Shown one piece after another: positions 38,857 through 51,146 of a DNA stretch of 64,000 bases. The number at the start of each line of letters is the position of its first letter. The stretch's first letter is position 1. The stretch is from positions 8,671 to 72,670 of the forward strand of contig DF237423.1 of NCBI GenBank assembly GCA_000708835.1, in the 5' to 3' direction. The notes below the pieces were generated by a model. That model was not told the origin of the DNA. It ran no database searches and saw nothing but the letters and a program-made list of their open reading frames with translations. This DNA comes from Klebsormidium nitens (lineage: Eukaryota > Plantae > Klebsormidiophyceae). Position numbers and translations under genes: made by a program.

Positions 38857-41800
38857 ATGCCTGAGCCCCCCGCTGACCTCCCCAAGGAAGAAGAGCCTCA
38901 ACCCACTGATGAGGAACAACCTGCAGACACCAAAGAGGACAACGCAAACGGCAAGAGGTCGGCTGAGGGGGAGGCGTCGGGGGGAACTATGGTGGGGTTG
39001 AAGCGGCAGAAGATGGCGAGTGGGCGGCATGGGCTGGTGGTGGTGCCCAGGATTCCGTACCAGTACTTTGTCACCAAGGTGAGGAGAAGGGGCGTTTGAG
39101 GGGCCTTAATGCTTCTGTGCTAAATGTTGAGCTGCTTGCAAACGGGGTACAAGGGTGGTGTCATGATGTCAGGCCGCAGGGGGCGGTGAGTGACTTGGTG
39201 GGTTGTCTTTGTAGGCTGCCGCATATTGAACACATGTTGAGCTTGAGATTATAGGTTGAACAAGTGGGAAAGCAACGTAGCTCGCACTGATGGCGCATGC
39301 ATGACGACCAAGCCTGTTTGCATCTTTGGTGACTCGGGTTTTCGTCCTTAATATTATGTTTCTGAACAAGTTTTTTCCGGCATGCAAGTAGTTCCTTCCT
39401 CTGGTCAAAGTGTCAGCTAGAAAGCATGGCATGAGTGCTTCCAGGTAAATCCTTTCATATAGGACTTGTGTCTTCCATGACAGGGGTTTGGGGACACTGA
39501 CGAGGGCGCTGGGAGTGATCCATACGAGACGGGCTCATATGACATGGCGCTTGAGATGGCTAAGATCCACCAGTTCAACATATTACAGGTGCGCACCTTC
39601 AGAGTGCACCGCAGCAAAATCCGTACGTTTGTTTACTTGACATGTGCCCTTTTGCTTCCTTGTACTTTTCTTTTAAGAACGCAACCCTTCTGTAGCAAAA
39701 CTTGAAATTGGGCACAATCCAAGTTGGATATGTGAGCTCAATGGGTGTTTGTTAAACATGGCTTCCACTTCTACTGCCTGGCATGCGTTCTTTAGCTTGT
39801 CACGCGTTACAAGCTCCCTTTGGATCTCTCTCACTTTTCCTTCTTTGCAGTACACATCGGTTCTGCCCCCGGAAGCACATGAGACGCCCCTTGAAAATGC
39901 AGAGCCTAACTTCATGCATGGTGAGTATCTTTGCTTTTCTCAATTGATGTAATAGGTGCTTAAAGTTGGACTGAGAAACTAGTTGCTGTACCTGATTGAT
40001 CACGTCCGGATCAGTTTGATGATCTGGACGTGATCATGCATGAGGTGACCCTTCGTTTTGTAGGAGACATATGCTGGTCGGTTGTGCATCTAGCAGTGAC
40101 GCTACCTCGTATGGGCATGGAAATTGAGCTTCTGGACTAGGCTGAAGAGCTGAGAACTAGTGACCAGGCGGCCCAGCTTACGAATATCTAAGGACCAACG
40201 CACACATTCTGTGCACTGCTTGCTGCCGCAGTTATCTGGATCTATCACGTTCTGCATTCCCGCTTGTCATTGCGGACGGGGCCACTTCGTAAAGTTGCGC
40301 GCTGATTCAACGAGGGGACCAAGGCGACCATTATTCAGACTCGTCGTCACACACAAGTCAAAAGCATAGGTTCGAATAGGCCGTTCAATAGCCTGAGGCA
40401 ATACAAAACGTGCTGGGCTCAAGACAGAGTCATTCATGCTGACGTCGCAACTTGCTGGACAGTTAACTTCTGTGGCCGACCGAGAAGCTAAGAGGTCCGA
40501 GATTGTTTGGCCGGAATCTAGAAAGGTAGTTCCGTTGCAGGTGCCGTTTTGGAGACCATCATGTCCGTGATGCATGGAACCAAGGGCGACCGGATCTGCG
40601 CCGGCATTGGCCGAATCCATGTAAGGCTCCCGATGACGTCGCAGGAACAAGTTTGTTGTTTCTTGGGTTGATAATATTTCTGCCGTGTCTCCTTACTCCG
40701 TCGTCATCAAAATTAGCTCAAATCTTCTGTCAAAGTTTTAAGAGTCTTCTGGGAAGAGTGCTTCCAACTGCTTACATTTATGGTGCTGTGGTTATATGTG
40801 CACGTAAAGATTATCATGGACTACAGTATGTGCAAGGCGTGCCTCGATGCCTTCGGCGGCCAGAAAGCTTCTGCGGGAAATGCCACTGTTTCGGAGAAGC
40901 AGAGTGTTCGAGCGGCTGAACAAGTCGCTTCTCGTGTAGGTGCGGCGCAAGAAGGACAAGTTCGTCATTGGAGGCTACGCTGCAGGTGAGCCAACTCTTC
41001 TTTTTCTGTCTCTGAACCAGAAGCGCATTCAGTTTTTCGTGCTGATGATCAATCTGGTTGCGTATAGTGCTTAAGGAATGCTTGAGGACGAGACGGACAA
41101 AAGTGAGCACTGCCACAACGTTCTCGTCCAGAATTGATATAATACCTCTGCTTGCCTTGCCACGCTTTGACAGGCGCTCTCTTTAGAAACCTTTTGCCTT
41201 TCCTTCACGGTTTGCGTACCGGATGTCGAACAGTCTGTGTCATCCAATTTGTCAACTCGACCAGATGACTTAGAAAATGTGCTGTCGCCAACCCAAAAGC
41301 AAGCGCATTTTGAAAGAGCTGCTAAGTGAGCTCACCTCCTTGCCTCCTAGCACATAACATGCGCCCCAAATTGTTGCGATCATCTGCCATTGCTGGCTTC
41401 AATCCAAGATCGAGCGGAAGACGTCTAGTCACAGACTCGTCTGCGTTACAGATCTGCCCACTTCGAATTGATTGCAATACAAGCTGATTAAGTTGCTATG
41501 TTCTCAATTTCCAAGGCAATCAATCTTGACTCGATGTCAACCTTGTTTGCAGAGTACAAGGGCCACGCGTGCGCAGCCGACGCGACCAAGTCCCTCCAGG
41601 ACGACTTGCGTGGGATCGTCGAGCGGCGGTACGACACCAACGAGTATGAGAGTTTCGGAGAGGACTACACCGTGCAAGTGAGGATGAGACTCCCCTCCCA
41701 CCGTGTTTGCTTCTAAGGAAACATGTTGGCATCTCGGATGAGATCTTTTGTGATCTTCCGCACTATGCGTATGCTTCTGCGTACAGCCTGCAAAGCCCAA

Positions 41801-42352
41801 AGCTCGTGCACTTGTGTCGAAAGAGTTGCGATGCTTCGTTTGGAAACACGTGTTCCGACTTCTAATACTGGACGCGGAAATGCCTCCTGGCGTCAGTAAC
41901 TTTCTTTTGTTGTGGTCGACGAGAAGCATTAAGGAGGCAGGCCAGCCTCATTTCCATCCTTTCAATATCGAGGACCCGTGTTGCCCCGACATTCTGACGT
42001 TGTCATTTGTGCCGCCCTATGTTGCCACGACTTTGCTTAACGGTCGCGTTGAGCATTGCAAGCTCTCATACGAAGTCCCCCTTAATTGGACCATGCGAAC
42101 TCCTCTTCAAAGTGCACTTCGAGCTTGCCCTTTTACCTTCAAACAGAGAGAGCTTCCATTCCTACATCTTTGTTTCAGTCTCCCGCAGCTTTAAATGCAC
42201 ATCCGAGGGGACCGATTGCTTGTGCCTTGACTCGCTCAGTGCCATGTTATATCGGGGTGGCATTTCTGCAGGAGCACGAAGTTAAGAAGGGCTACGGAAC
42301 TGTGCTGGCTGCCATCTGCTTCACATCCTACATCATGCCGGAGATCGTCTAG
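38857..42352 (+). CDS. pdaD: Pyruvoyl-dependent arginine decarboxylase proenzyme (chlamydial AaxB-like)
   Basis: Exons 38857-39078, 39484-39588, 39851-39920, 40541-40620, 40940-40985, 41553-41677 and 42272-42352 are in phase (an alternative upstream ATG is at 38791). Motifs GFGDTDEG..PYETGSYDMALEMAKIHQFNILQYTSVLP (T-S self-cleavage site), HGAVLETIM, IGGYAAEY, GYGTVLAAICF. Confidence 0.85.
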
Positions 42353-43535
42353 AGCCGAGATTGGCAGTTGTACCACGCGATCCGACAGAGACTGCGGCCA
42401 CTGCCCAGCTCGTACCACCGCAGGAGGTGCTGACTGCTTAACAGCCGGGGCAGATACGGTGGCAAGTTTCTGGGAGAACGCGGCTAGCAATGTCCGTCCC
42501 CGCCTCAGTTTTGTAGGGCCAGATAGCTGCAGAGACTGTTGTGATAGATCGAGGAACCGAGTGTGACCTTAGTTACCGTGATCGGATTGAAATCTTGTAG
42601 AATAGTATGCCCGCGTGCGATTCTGTAAGGGGTGACTGTATCTGACGTATGTGCTCCGAAAAGTTGCACATGCATGCATGCTATGGACTCCGGAAGCACA
42701 TCTGAAAGGCAATAAAAGCTTGCCCGTCAAGTGGTCAGTACGTGCAAATATCAAAGTATGGTGTTTGCAAACATATGTAATCTTGTAGTAGCTCAATGCG
42801 TGTAGGTATTTGCCCGGTATTTGGAGTTCACGCTGCGCTTGAGCAAGCGGCCTATATGCGCATGTTTCCTCAGTGGATAGCTGGATGCTTGCATCGCTCA
42901 GATCAGTGAGTAGTTCATGAGCAGTTCATGAGCAGCTCTTGAGGCTTCTCGTTTTTGCCCTATTATCGTCAGCGCATCTCGGTCAGCTTGCAGCGCAGCC
43001 AGGCTAGAGCCGTTCACCATCGATTGGCTCGCGCGGTTCAGAGCACTTTGGGGGCGGGGCCTCTGGCCATGTCCGGTTTTCTCTGTCGCGTTGATTTGTT
43101 CACGATTGCTGGAGGGAGGCGTAGCAGTGAGGAGTGATATTTGAGGTGCATGAGGCTAGCTGTGGCACTCACATGCGACTTTGAGTTGGCTTGGCCAAAG
43201 ACCATTGTTTGTATTGTTATTGCATGTTATTGTTATTCTTGTTCAACAATTGATTGCGCTCAAAGTTACATCATTAATTGCACGGCTGGCCATTGTAGGG
43301 TAATCACATATGTACTGACTCAGGCCAGCTATATTGTTCCATTCGACGACAATGATCATGCATTCCTTGTAGGATCATGTGTTGCGATACAAGACTCTGT
43401 TTGACCACGCATTGAAGTGGAGTAAATATATAGACTCGAATGCATGGCGATTGTAATGTACTTAAAGTCTGACACTTTTCAGTCGTAAGAACATGCGCGT
43501 CGCGGGGTAAGAACCTCACTTAATATTGCTCAATG

Positions 43536-44900
43536 TCAACGTTCCATGTTCTCAAGCTCAAAGATCACTCCTGGAAATGTTCTCTGTAGCTTGAAGAAGC
43601 TGTTCATAGAGTCAATCAGGCCATCCGTTTCCTCACTCCTTTCTGAATCTAACATCACGTATACCTCAACTGCGACTTTCTCAAGAAGCGGGGAGTTTGG
43701 AAGGAGGCTATGCAGATTCTTGGTCAATTCCAGAAGGTCAAAAATATCGAGATTACAAAACCTGAGATGCCGTAGGTGCCTTAGGCTAGGACCCCGCTCC
43801 ATCAGGCCGCTCGGTGGCAATTTGGATGTTTCCACTTTGAGGTATTCCAGCAAAGGATTTGAGATTGCCACTTTTTGAAGCATCACTGTCAGGTTGATCT
43901 CCATCTCGTCATCATCCAAGCCCAGTACCCCTTGATTGAACGTGAAATCCTGAAGACTGGGGCTATTGTCGAGCAGCTGAACCGTCTGCTCCCAAGTAGC
44001 ATTGATCAAATCCAGAGCCGTCAACGAAAGCAGCTTGTGTCTGACAACCAAGGTAAACCGATCTTCTTCGAAGTCGTCGTTTTTCCTATGTTCCTCCTCG
44101 AAGCGCAGCGAAATACGCTGAAGGCTGGGGGTGGACGTAAGGTCGATGCGAAGCGCTTCAGCACGAGAAGCTAAGTCGAGGTTCAAGCTTTCCAACCTCT
44201 CAAAGTTCAAGCACAGCGTTCCTTCCAGTCTCCCTTGAAGAGAAAGGCTCTTCAGAAAAGGGCATGCCTGTGTCAAGCTAACCTGGTTCAGCACCCCGAC
44301 CAACTGATCCCCGCTGCAATTCGAGAGCCTCAACTCGGAAAGGTTGTTGGGGAAGGAAAGCTGCCATGAGCATCCTTGGTGTCGAAAAACCTTCCTCGTG
44401 CATAATTTGAGCCGCTTCAGATTGCTGCACCGCGAGAGAGACTCCAGCATGAAGTCGGTGAAAGTGAGCTCGTTTTCGTCAAAGGGTGGTATGTCGAAGC
44501 GCTCCTCACTAATGATGAAGGCGTATGGATCGTGGTAGGTAAAGTCTTCGAGAGTATCCCTCAGAGACTCAATCCACTTGGCGGGAAAGACCTCAGACAG
44601 CTTGCAGCTATTCCCTGCGCTCTTGCAACTGTCGCAATGGCGATCTACAATTCTCAGTCGCAGGGTTTTCACGTTCTGCGCCTGTGCAAGGAAGCGGCCG
44701 TATGCTTTGGTGGACTGGCAGTCCTCCCTGCTGGCACAAGTCATGCAGCCGATCTCTAACTCCACATCCTTGATACCTCTGGCTGCCCTACGGAATGCTT
44801 TGCTCACTCCTGATATTTGCAACAACTCCTTCATGCTGAAACCCTTCATCAGAATCACGGTGAGCAGATCTGTTGGAAGGACTTGAATAGGAGGAGCCAT
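43536..44900 (-). CDS. F-box/LRR-type protein, intronless (454 aa)
   Basis: Single ORF. N-terminal F-box IQVLPTDLLTVILMKGFSMKELLQISGVSKAFRRAA followed by LxxLxL repeats (CSNLKRLKL, LSELRLSNC, LKSLSLQ, LESLNLDL). Confidence 0.8.
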   Translation of the reverse strand: MAPPIQVLPTDLLTVILMKGFSMKELLQISGVSKAFRRAARGIKDVELEIGCMTCASREDCQSTKAYGRFLAQAQNVKTLRLRIVDRHCDSCKSAGNSCKLSEVFPAKWIESLRDTLEDFTYHDPYAFIISEERFDIPPFDENELTFTDFMLESLSRCSNLKRLKLCTRKVFRHQGCSWQLSFPNNLSELRLSNCSGDQLVGVLNQVSLTQACPFLKSLSLQGRLEGTLCLNFERLESLNLDLASRAEALRIDLTSTPSLQRISLRFEEEHRKNDDFEEDRFTLVVRHKLLSLTALDLINATWEQTVQLLDNSPSLQDFTFNQGVLGLDDDEMEINLTVMLQKVAISNPLLEYLKVETSKLPPSGLMERGPSLRHLRHLRFCNLDIFDLLELTKNLHSLLPNSPLLEKVAVEVYVMLDSERSEETDGLIDSMNSFFKLQRTFPGVIFELENMER

Positions 44901-45683
44901 TGGGCTTTCTCCTTGCTGCTTCTCTCTCCAGCTTCTTGTTCTCTGCCACGACGTCAAGCCTCCCTCACCCTCGAAACGCCCAAAGCAGAATGCGGCAATG
45001 CAGCCAATTAAATGCTAATCAATGCAGCTACATGCAGTATGATTACACGCGCACGCGCGCGTAAGACCTTACGGTTAAGGCGGCCAGGCCGGCCGCGCGT
45101 CTCAAAGGGGCGTGAGTCCACGGTCCGCGACGCTCGGCTGGGGGCCCCGCCGGCCCGTGCATGCATTGCTGGGATTGCATGAATTAGCTATAATGTAAGA
45201 TCTAATACGTGCTTCAGTCACACCGTACTGGAAAATAGGTAGCTTAGTAGGACATCGCACCCATGCGCAGATCAGGCTAGCAGGAGGCTAGCAGCGTCGC
45301 CGCGTGAATTCTTGAAAGCAAATGATATCCTTGTATTCACGACTGCATGAGGGGGTGGCTGCAACAGCTGCACCCACTTTAAAGGTCAAGTCAGAGTCAA
45401 ACATGTGATCATTCAGTGAAGATAATATGAAGCTTCGCTCGCTAGCCAGGCGGCCATTTGAGCCTGGTCGGGCACATATATGCAACCCCACTTTCCAACT
45501 CAAAGTTAGTCACCCAGCCTCCATCGCCTTCACGCCTTCATTTGGTAGCATTACAGTACTCTTGATGAGCGCCTTTGGTTTCTGGACTCAATTCTGATCA
45601 TTCGGAGACAGCCGACGAGCTACAAACATACGTTGTTTGTCAGATTATGCTGCTGAAGGGTGATAAGAGCGGACGACAAATCC

Positions 45684-48600
45684 TCACAGCATCCCCCCTT
45701 GCGGTCCTCCGCTTTGCGACCCTAACGGCACAAACAACGAGCCCACATTTGCAATAAACATCATACTCGTTTCGGAACCGTTTGCGCTTTTGCCATGGAT
45801 GTCCCGAGTCACGGCGTCCAGAGCCCCTTGCAGGTTTTTCTCCTGCGGACTTCCGGACATCACCGCAATCAATGCCATGCGGGCCTCGTCGCGCACAACA
45901 CCCGCCACACCTAGTTGCCCCGCCGCAGCTTCCGCCGCCCCAGGCCGCGCTTTGGACCGCGGATCCACCGTAACGCCCATGTCCAGATGTTTCTTCTTCC
46001 CATCGATCCCGTCGCCCGTTTTCCGCACGTTGCCCGTTACACCGGTCCTCCCTGTCGAAGAACTCCCCCTCTTGCCAGCAACACGTCTTCCGCTTTCTAC
46101 TGGACCGTCACCAACCGGCCGACTACGTTCTTCCACTTCAAACGACGTAGAAGTCCCCCCGCCTGCGCTGCGCCCCGCCCCTCTCTCCCGGTATTTCAGC
46201 GCCAGCTTCGCCTCGACGGAAGCTTTGAGCGCCTCCCACTTCTGCTGCCGCACGTCCGCGCTCGTTCCCGGGCTCCCCTTCAGCGTGTCTTTGACCGCAG
46301 CCTTGACCGCGTTCCACTCTTGCTGACTAATGAACCGGCCACTCGCAGCCTGTGTATGTCCCCCGCTTCCGGGCACCCCCACCGAGCGACCCGGCTGATC
46401 CCCAGAATGCGAATCTGAAACTTCAGACGCACTCTTCGAGTGCGCAACCCCTTCGGCCTCTTGTGAGTGTCCCTTAGCGGATGATAAGCTCACAGAATTA
46501 TCGTCCCGTCGTTCGCTTCCCCCCTCTTCTTCCGCCCTCAGACCCTCCCCGCTACTCGCTTTTCTCCCGTTCCCAAGCCCCCCGCCAATCCGCCTCTCTG
46601 CATCCGCGTTTCCGGTCCCCGTACCACTCCCCAAATTTTCGGACGGCACCCCGTGCCCCTCCGCCGAACGCCCCCCCGCGTCCGCACCCTCTGCCACCTG
46701 CTCCAACACGTACTGCCGGTTCCAGAAGGGGCCCCGTCGGACGATCTCCCACCCCGGCCCTCTGTTCACAACCACTCCGTCCCGGGTCCGCCCGCTTCCG
46801 GACAGGGCCTCTCGCCCGTTCCGCTTAAACGCCGGATGGTCCATTATGATTTCCCACCACGGCTTGTCCGCGGCTCCTCCAGCCGTCCGCCGACTGCTGG
46901 AACCGTCCGCAGAGTGAGCGCCCACTCCGCTGTCGATTCCGTTCCGCTGATCCGAAGTGCCCCCTGTGTAATCGCCGTCGGCGGGATCCCTTCCCAGTAA
47001 GTCGTCCGCATTACCTTTCGCGGTGCCAATTGTCCGTTCCGGATTCTCACGACTCCTCGGAGAGTCTGCCTGCTCATTCATCCCCGCATCACTTCCGCTT
47101 CCAACCTGGGAACCCACTCGCGCTCCCCCGTCAAACCCCGAGTTCCGTTTCGCTTCGACTTCCCTCACCACATCGCCCAATAAGCTGCTGCCAGGTGGCC
47201 CGCTGTCCTTGAAGGCATCCGGTCCCCACCGCCGGATTCCGCCCCTCTCGCCGGATTCCGCCGTCGCCCCGCCCTCAGACTCCTTCAAGCGGTGCGCCAA
47301 CTCCTGCTTGAGCCGCTCCTGGGCGATGGCGGCCGCCTCAGCAGCTGCGGCGCAGTCCTCGAAGCTGTCGACTGAGATGGAGAAGTGCGGCTGGAGGCCC
47401 ACCGCGCTGCGGCCCCACTTGTTGCCGAGTACCACGTCGTCGAAAAGGTCCTGGAGAAGGATGGGTTCAGATATTTTCGATACAGTAGAACGAGCGGAAC
47501 GATGATGTGGAATAGCAATGCGAATCTTCTTGTTGCCAAGGACTACGTCGTCGAAAAGGTCCTGCAAAAGGATAGGTTGAGAAAATTTCGATACAGCAGA
47601 ATGAGCGGATGATACTATAACGGCCCGCTGCGGCCCCACTTGTTGCCAAGGGCTACGTCGTCAAAAAGGTCCTGGAGAAGGAGCAACACCTTGAGGTGCG
47701 GAAAGCCGACCAGCCGAACGACGGGCCGGAGGCTGAACGTCCAGGAAGTTACGTCGTCAAGGAAAGTTTTAGAGGTGATGCAACTGATCTGAAACGGGTC
47801 AGCACACCAGGAAAACTGATATGAAAAGAGAGTTGTATGTTCAGAAGAAAGCGGCGGCCGTCTTGTTGGTCAACCTTCTGACGAGAACCTGAGCTGATTT
47901 CAGAGGAGTGTATCAAGGTCAAGGCAGAATTTGAAGAGCTCAAAAGGCTGGTTTAGGGCCTGATGCAACAGAGAACGTCAAAGTGTAATGAGTGGTGCGT
48001 TTGGATCGGACAATCTTGCATGAGCAGGACGGCTTAAGTACGGAGAGGCAAGCACCCTGCTCTTCGCAATTCAACTGCCCGAAGGCGAGAATTTTCATAC
48101 AACTTGAGGTTGGACAAAAGGATGCATGCTCCCCGGCCCCTTTCTCGCGGGATTGGGTGTCGACGCAGCGGCCCTCGAACAGCTCGAGTCCGGTGCCATT
48201 CACTGACAGCCCAGGCCTCTGTTCTTCTAACTGTCCTTCCTTGCGCTCCAAAAAACTTTCTCAGAGACGAGACCTCCTGATCCAAAACCGAAAGGCCCTG
48301 CTCACCTGCGCATACACCGCCGCCAGGTTGAGCAGAATCTTGTCGACTCCCGCGCTCGTCCCAGACGGGGCCTCCTCCATCAGATCCTTCACATCGCTCG
48401 GTTCCAGCAGGCTGGTGTCCTCTTCGAGCCCGTCCGCATCGGAGGGGGGTGCTCCTAGCCCGCCGGGGGGGGCCCCCGGATCGAGGGAACTGTAGCGCTG
48501 CGCGCGGCGCGTGCGGATGAGGCCCTCAAAGTGGAGGTCGACGCTGCGGTCGAGGGCGGAGTGGAGCGCGGACTTGTCCAGGAAGCACGGGGTGTACCTG

Positions 48601-51146
48601 GAAGTGCATAACATGATCTGGAAACACTTCATACCTTACCCTTAAAAGTGAAGTGTCAAAAAAGCACGTAGATACTGCTAGAGCGCCCATGTCCTCTGAA
48701 GTGGCATGATCGTCCGACGTGTTGGTGAAGCAACGGAATCGGAACTTGTCCTTGACTTGTCCTTGGCTGTAGTAAGTTCTCGTCACCACGACATTCAAAG
48801 AAGTTGCTGGTTTTTCAGCTGTACTTTGAAATTTTACGTGACAAATTCCATGATGTAATCAGCGGATGAATCAGGGGCCAACGAAAAGATAGGGTCACAA
48901 GAGCAGACGGACAACTTAAAAAACTTACTTCAGCCCGTTACCATTGTGGAAACCGAAAGCTATCGAATGCCAGTCTTAAAAATGATTTGACTTGAATAGC
49001 CCAAGACACAACGCAGCTGGCCGAGCCTGAGCAGAGGGAACTCCGTGCTGATTTGAAGAAAGGCAACACCGCACACACCATAAGACTGTGGGAAAGGCGT
49101 GATAGATAAGGGTCTGCATCACCCGGAAAAGCTTGGTTGAAGATCGTCAACAAAGAACTCAACTTCAGGATCCGGTCCCGTATAAGGATTCTTTGAGAGT
49201 GCTCAGAAGTGAGACACACTCGCTTGACACTCATAGTAATGCCAGTTGGCTTGAGATGTGAAACGCAGGTCTCACCAGCGCACACCGTCTTCGCTCGGCA
49301 CCACGACATTGAAGTTGTGCGCGACGAAGATAGGGGTCCCAGTGAACCCCCGCGCTGCCCGCCAGCCAAACTGCCTCCGAAGGATGCGCTTTGCAGCGCG
49401 CACCTGCTTCTTGTTGGGAACCAGCTTGAAGGCATCTGAGTCCATCTGCATAATGCGGCAGAGTGTTTAATCGAAACACTTGAGCAGGTGTGGGGTTCTT
49501 GAGTGTAGCCTAAGTGAGACTTGTTGGCTAATGAGTGTCCAACTGAGACACTTACAATTGATGGAAGAGGCTTCCACTCAGATAGAGGAATGAGCAGACG
49601 CCTACTTTCGCAGAGGTTCATTCAGAGGTGGATACTCATACGACGATTTGGCTTGAGCGAAACGGATAAGTTGCTAATCAAAGCGGCTATATTTGGTTGG
49701 TGGGAGGATCAGCACGCTGACATGCCAGGTGTACTACCGTGAGTGTCCCCTACTGCGCAAGAAAAAGGCACCAGCGGAAGGTCGGTTCACGATGTCGGGG
49801 AGGGGCAAGCTACCAACCAAGATTGCTATGTCGGAGGTGCGATTCTGACCTTAATGCAGTTGTAAGCATCCTGGAGGGAACACTCCACTACCGTGCTGCT
49901 CGACACCTCTGGCGACAAGAGCCAGCCCGCTTTAGTGACGTCGACCTGGCGGCCTGCACAAAGGAGGACATACAACCAAGTTTGTAAGCAGACTTCTGTT
50001 TGTATATAAGAGTCCTGCCACTGTACGGTGGGAGTAACGCCGCAAAAGACCTTCAGCACTTCTCTAGTTCTAATGTTGTGATTGTGACTTGATTAATAGT
50101 TTCACACAACCAAAGAAACAAGCTAGCTCAGGGAAACAGGCTGGACGAGAGTGGAGAACGGATTCAAGATCTGCTTTTCCATGCTCCCACTCTAAATCTG
50201 TACCAAGTCGAAGTGAGCAGAGCAGAAAGACGACGACTCACTTGCCGCCTCCTTGTCCAAAAAGAACTCGAAGCGCGGCTTCTCCCGGCCCCGGTTGACC
50301 CACCACAGGAGTCCCTTCTCCACCGCTCTCCCCACCGGCATGTCATTCATCGCTTCCAAGAAGCCAGGGAGAGGGTTTCCTGGGGGCAGCTTCTGCACAG
50401 GGCCCAGAGACACCATCTGCTTCCTGGCTCTGTCTCCCATGGTGTAAACGGACCCCACAAAGGTGGGCCCCAGGGGCCCTTCAGTGTCAGGGGTGTCAGC
50501 ATTTGAATGGGGGGTCGGCTTATGGGAGTGAATGAGGGGAGTGGAAGACGGCTGTGCGCAACCGGAAGGGAAGGGGCTGGGGTCGTCGGCGATGAAGTTT
50601 GAGGAGGTGCCAGCGGAAAGGAGACCGGGGAGGGCGGCTGATGTCAGCGAAGCTGGGTTATCACCTCGTCCGTGGCTTTCACGAGTGGTGGTACGCCTTG
50701 ATGCTGCACACAACGTAAAGAGCTATGTGACAGTCGACCAGGCTGACAGCATTGCTGCTGAGAAGATTCAGGAATGTTTCCAGCCATGCCCTACTCACAG
50801 ATAAGTTACAATGTGATTGTACCAACTAAGGCTGCTTAATCAGAGAATGTTCCTTCGAGCGACATTAACTTCCAGAATCATGCACTTGATAACAAAACCC
50901 ACCACCATGAAAGTAATGACATTTTTCTTGAGTGAAGCCATCAATGGGCAAGGGAGGATTGACAGTGACTGATTTTGGCAGAGTCCTTATCCGAGGGCGC
51001 CACGCCATATCTTCATGCTTCAATCCAAGTGACCAACTCACCTGCACTGGTCCAAAGCTGGTCTGAACCGCTCTGTGTGAGCACCATTGGTAGTTCCATT
51101 CTGCCTTCTTGAAAGCTCTTCTCACGAGGGATGCACTTCTAAACAA
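45684..51146 (-). CDS. Tic22-like family protein (plant At5g62650-type) with long Gly/Ser-rich insertion; 5' end uncertain
   Basis: Exons include ~50700-50242, 49953-49850, ~49435-49276, 48597-48306 and 47450-45684. Motifs AFKLVPNKKQVRAA, FTGTPIF, YTPCFLDKSAL, SVDLHFEGLIRTRR and VVLGNKWGRSAVGLQPHFSISVDSFE resemble the plant Tic22-like family as I recall it. One phase junction is unresolved. Confidence 0.6.
47400..47765 (-). repeat. 110-111 bp tandem copies of the last-exon acceptor plus exon start of the Tic22-like gene
   Basis: cag|GACCTTTT(C/T)GACGACGT..GGCAACAAG starts at 47450 (real), 47561 (in frame, +37 aa) and 47671 (leads to a stop). There is a faint fourth copy near 47760. Confidence 0.9.
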
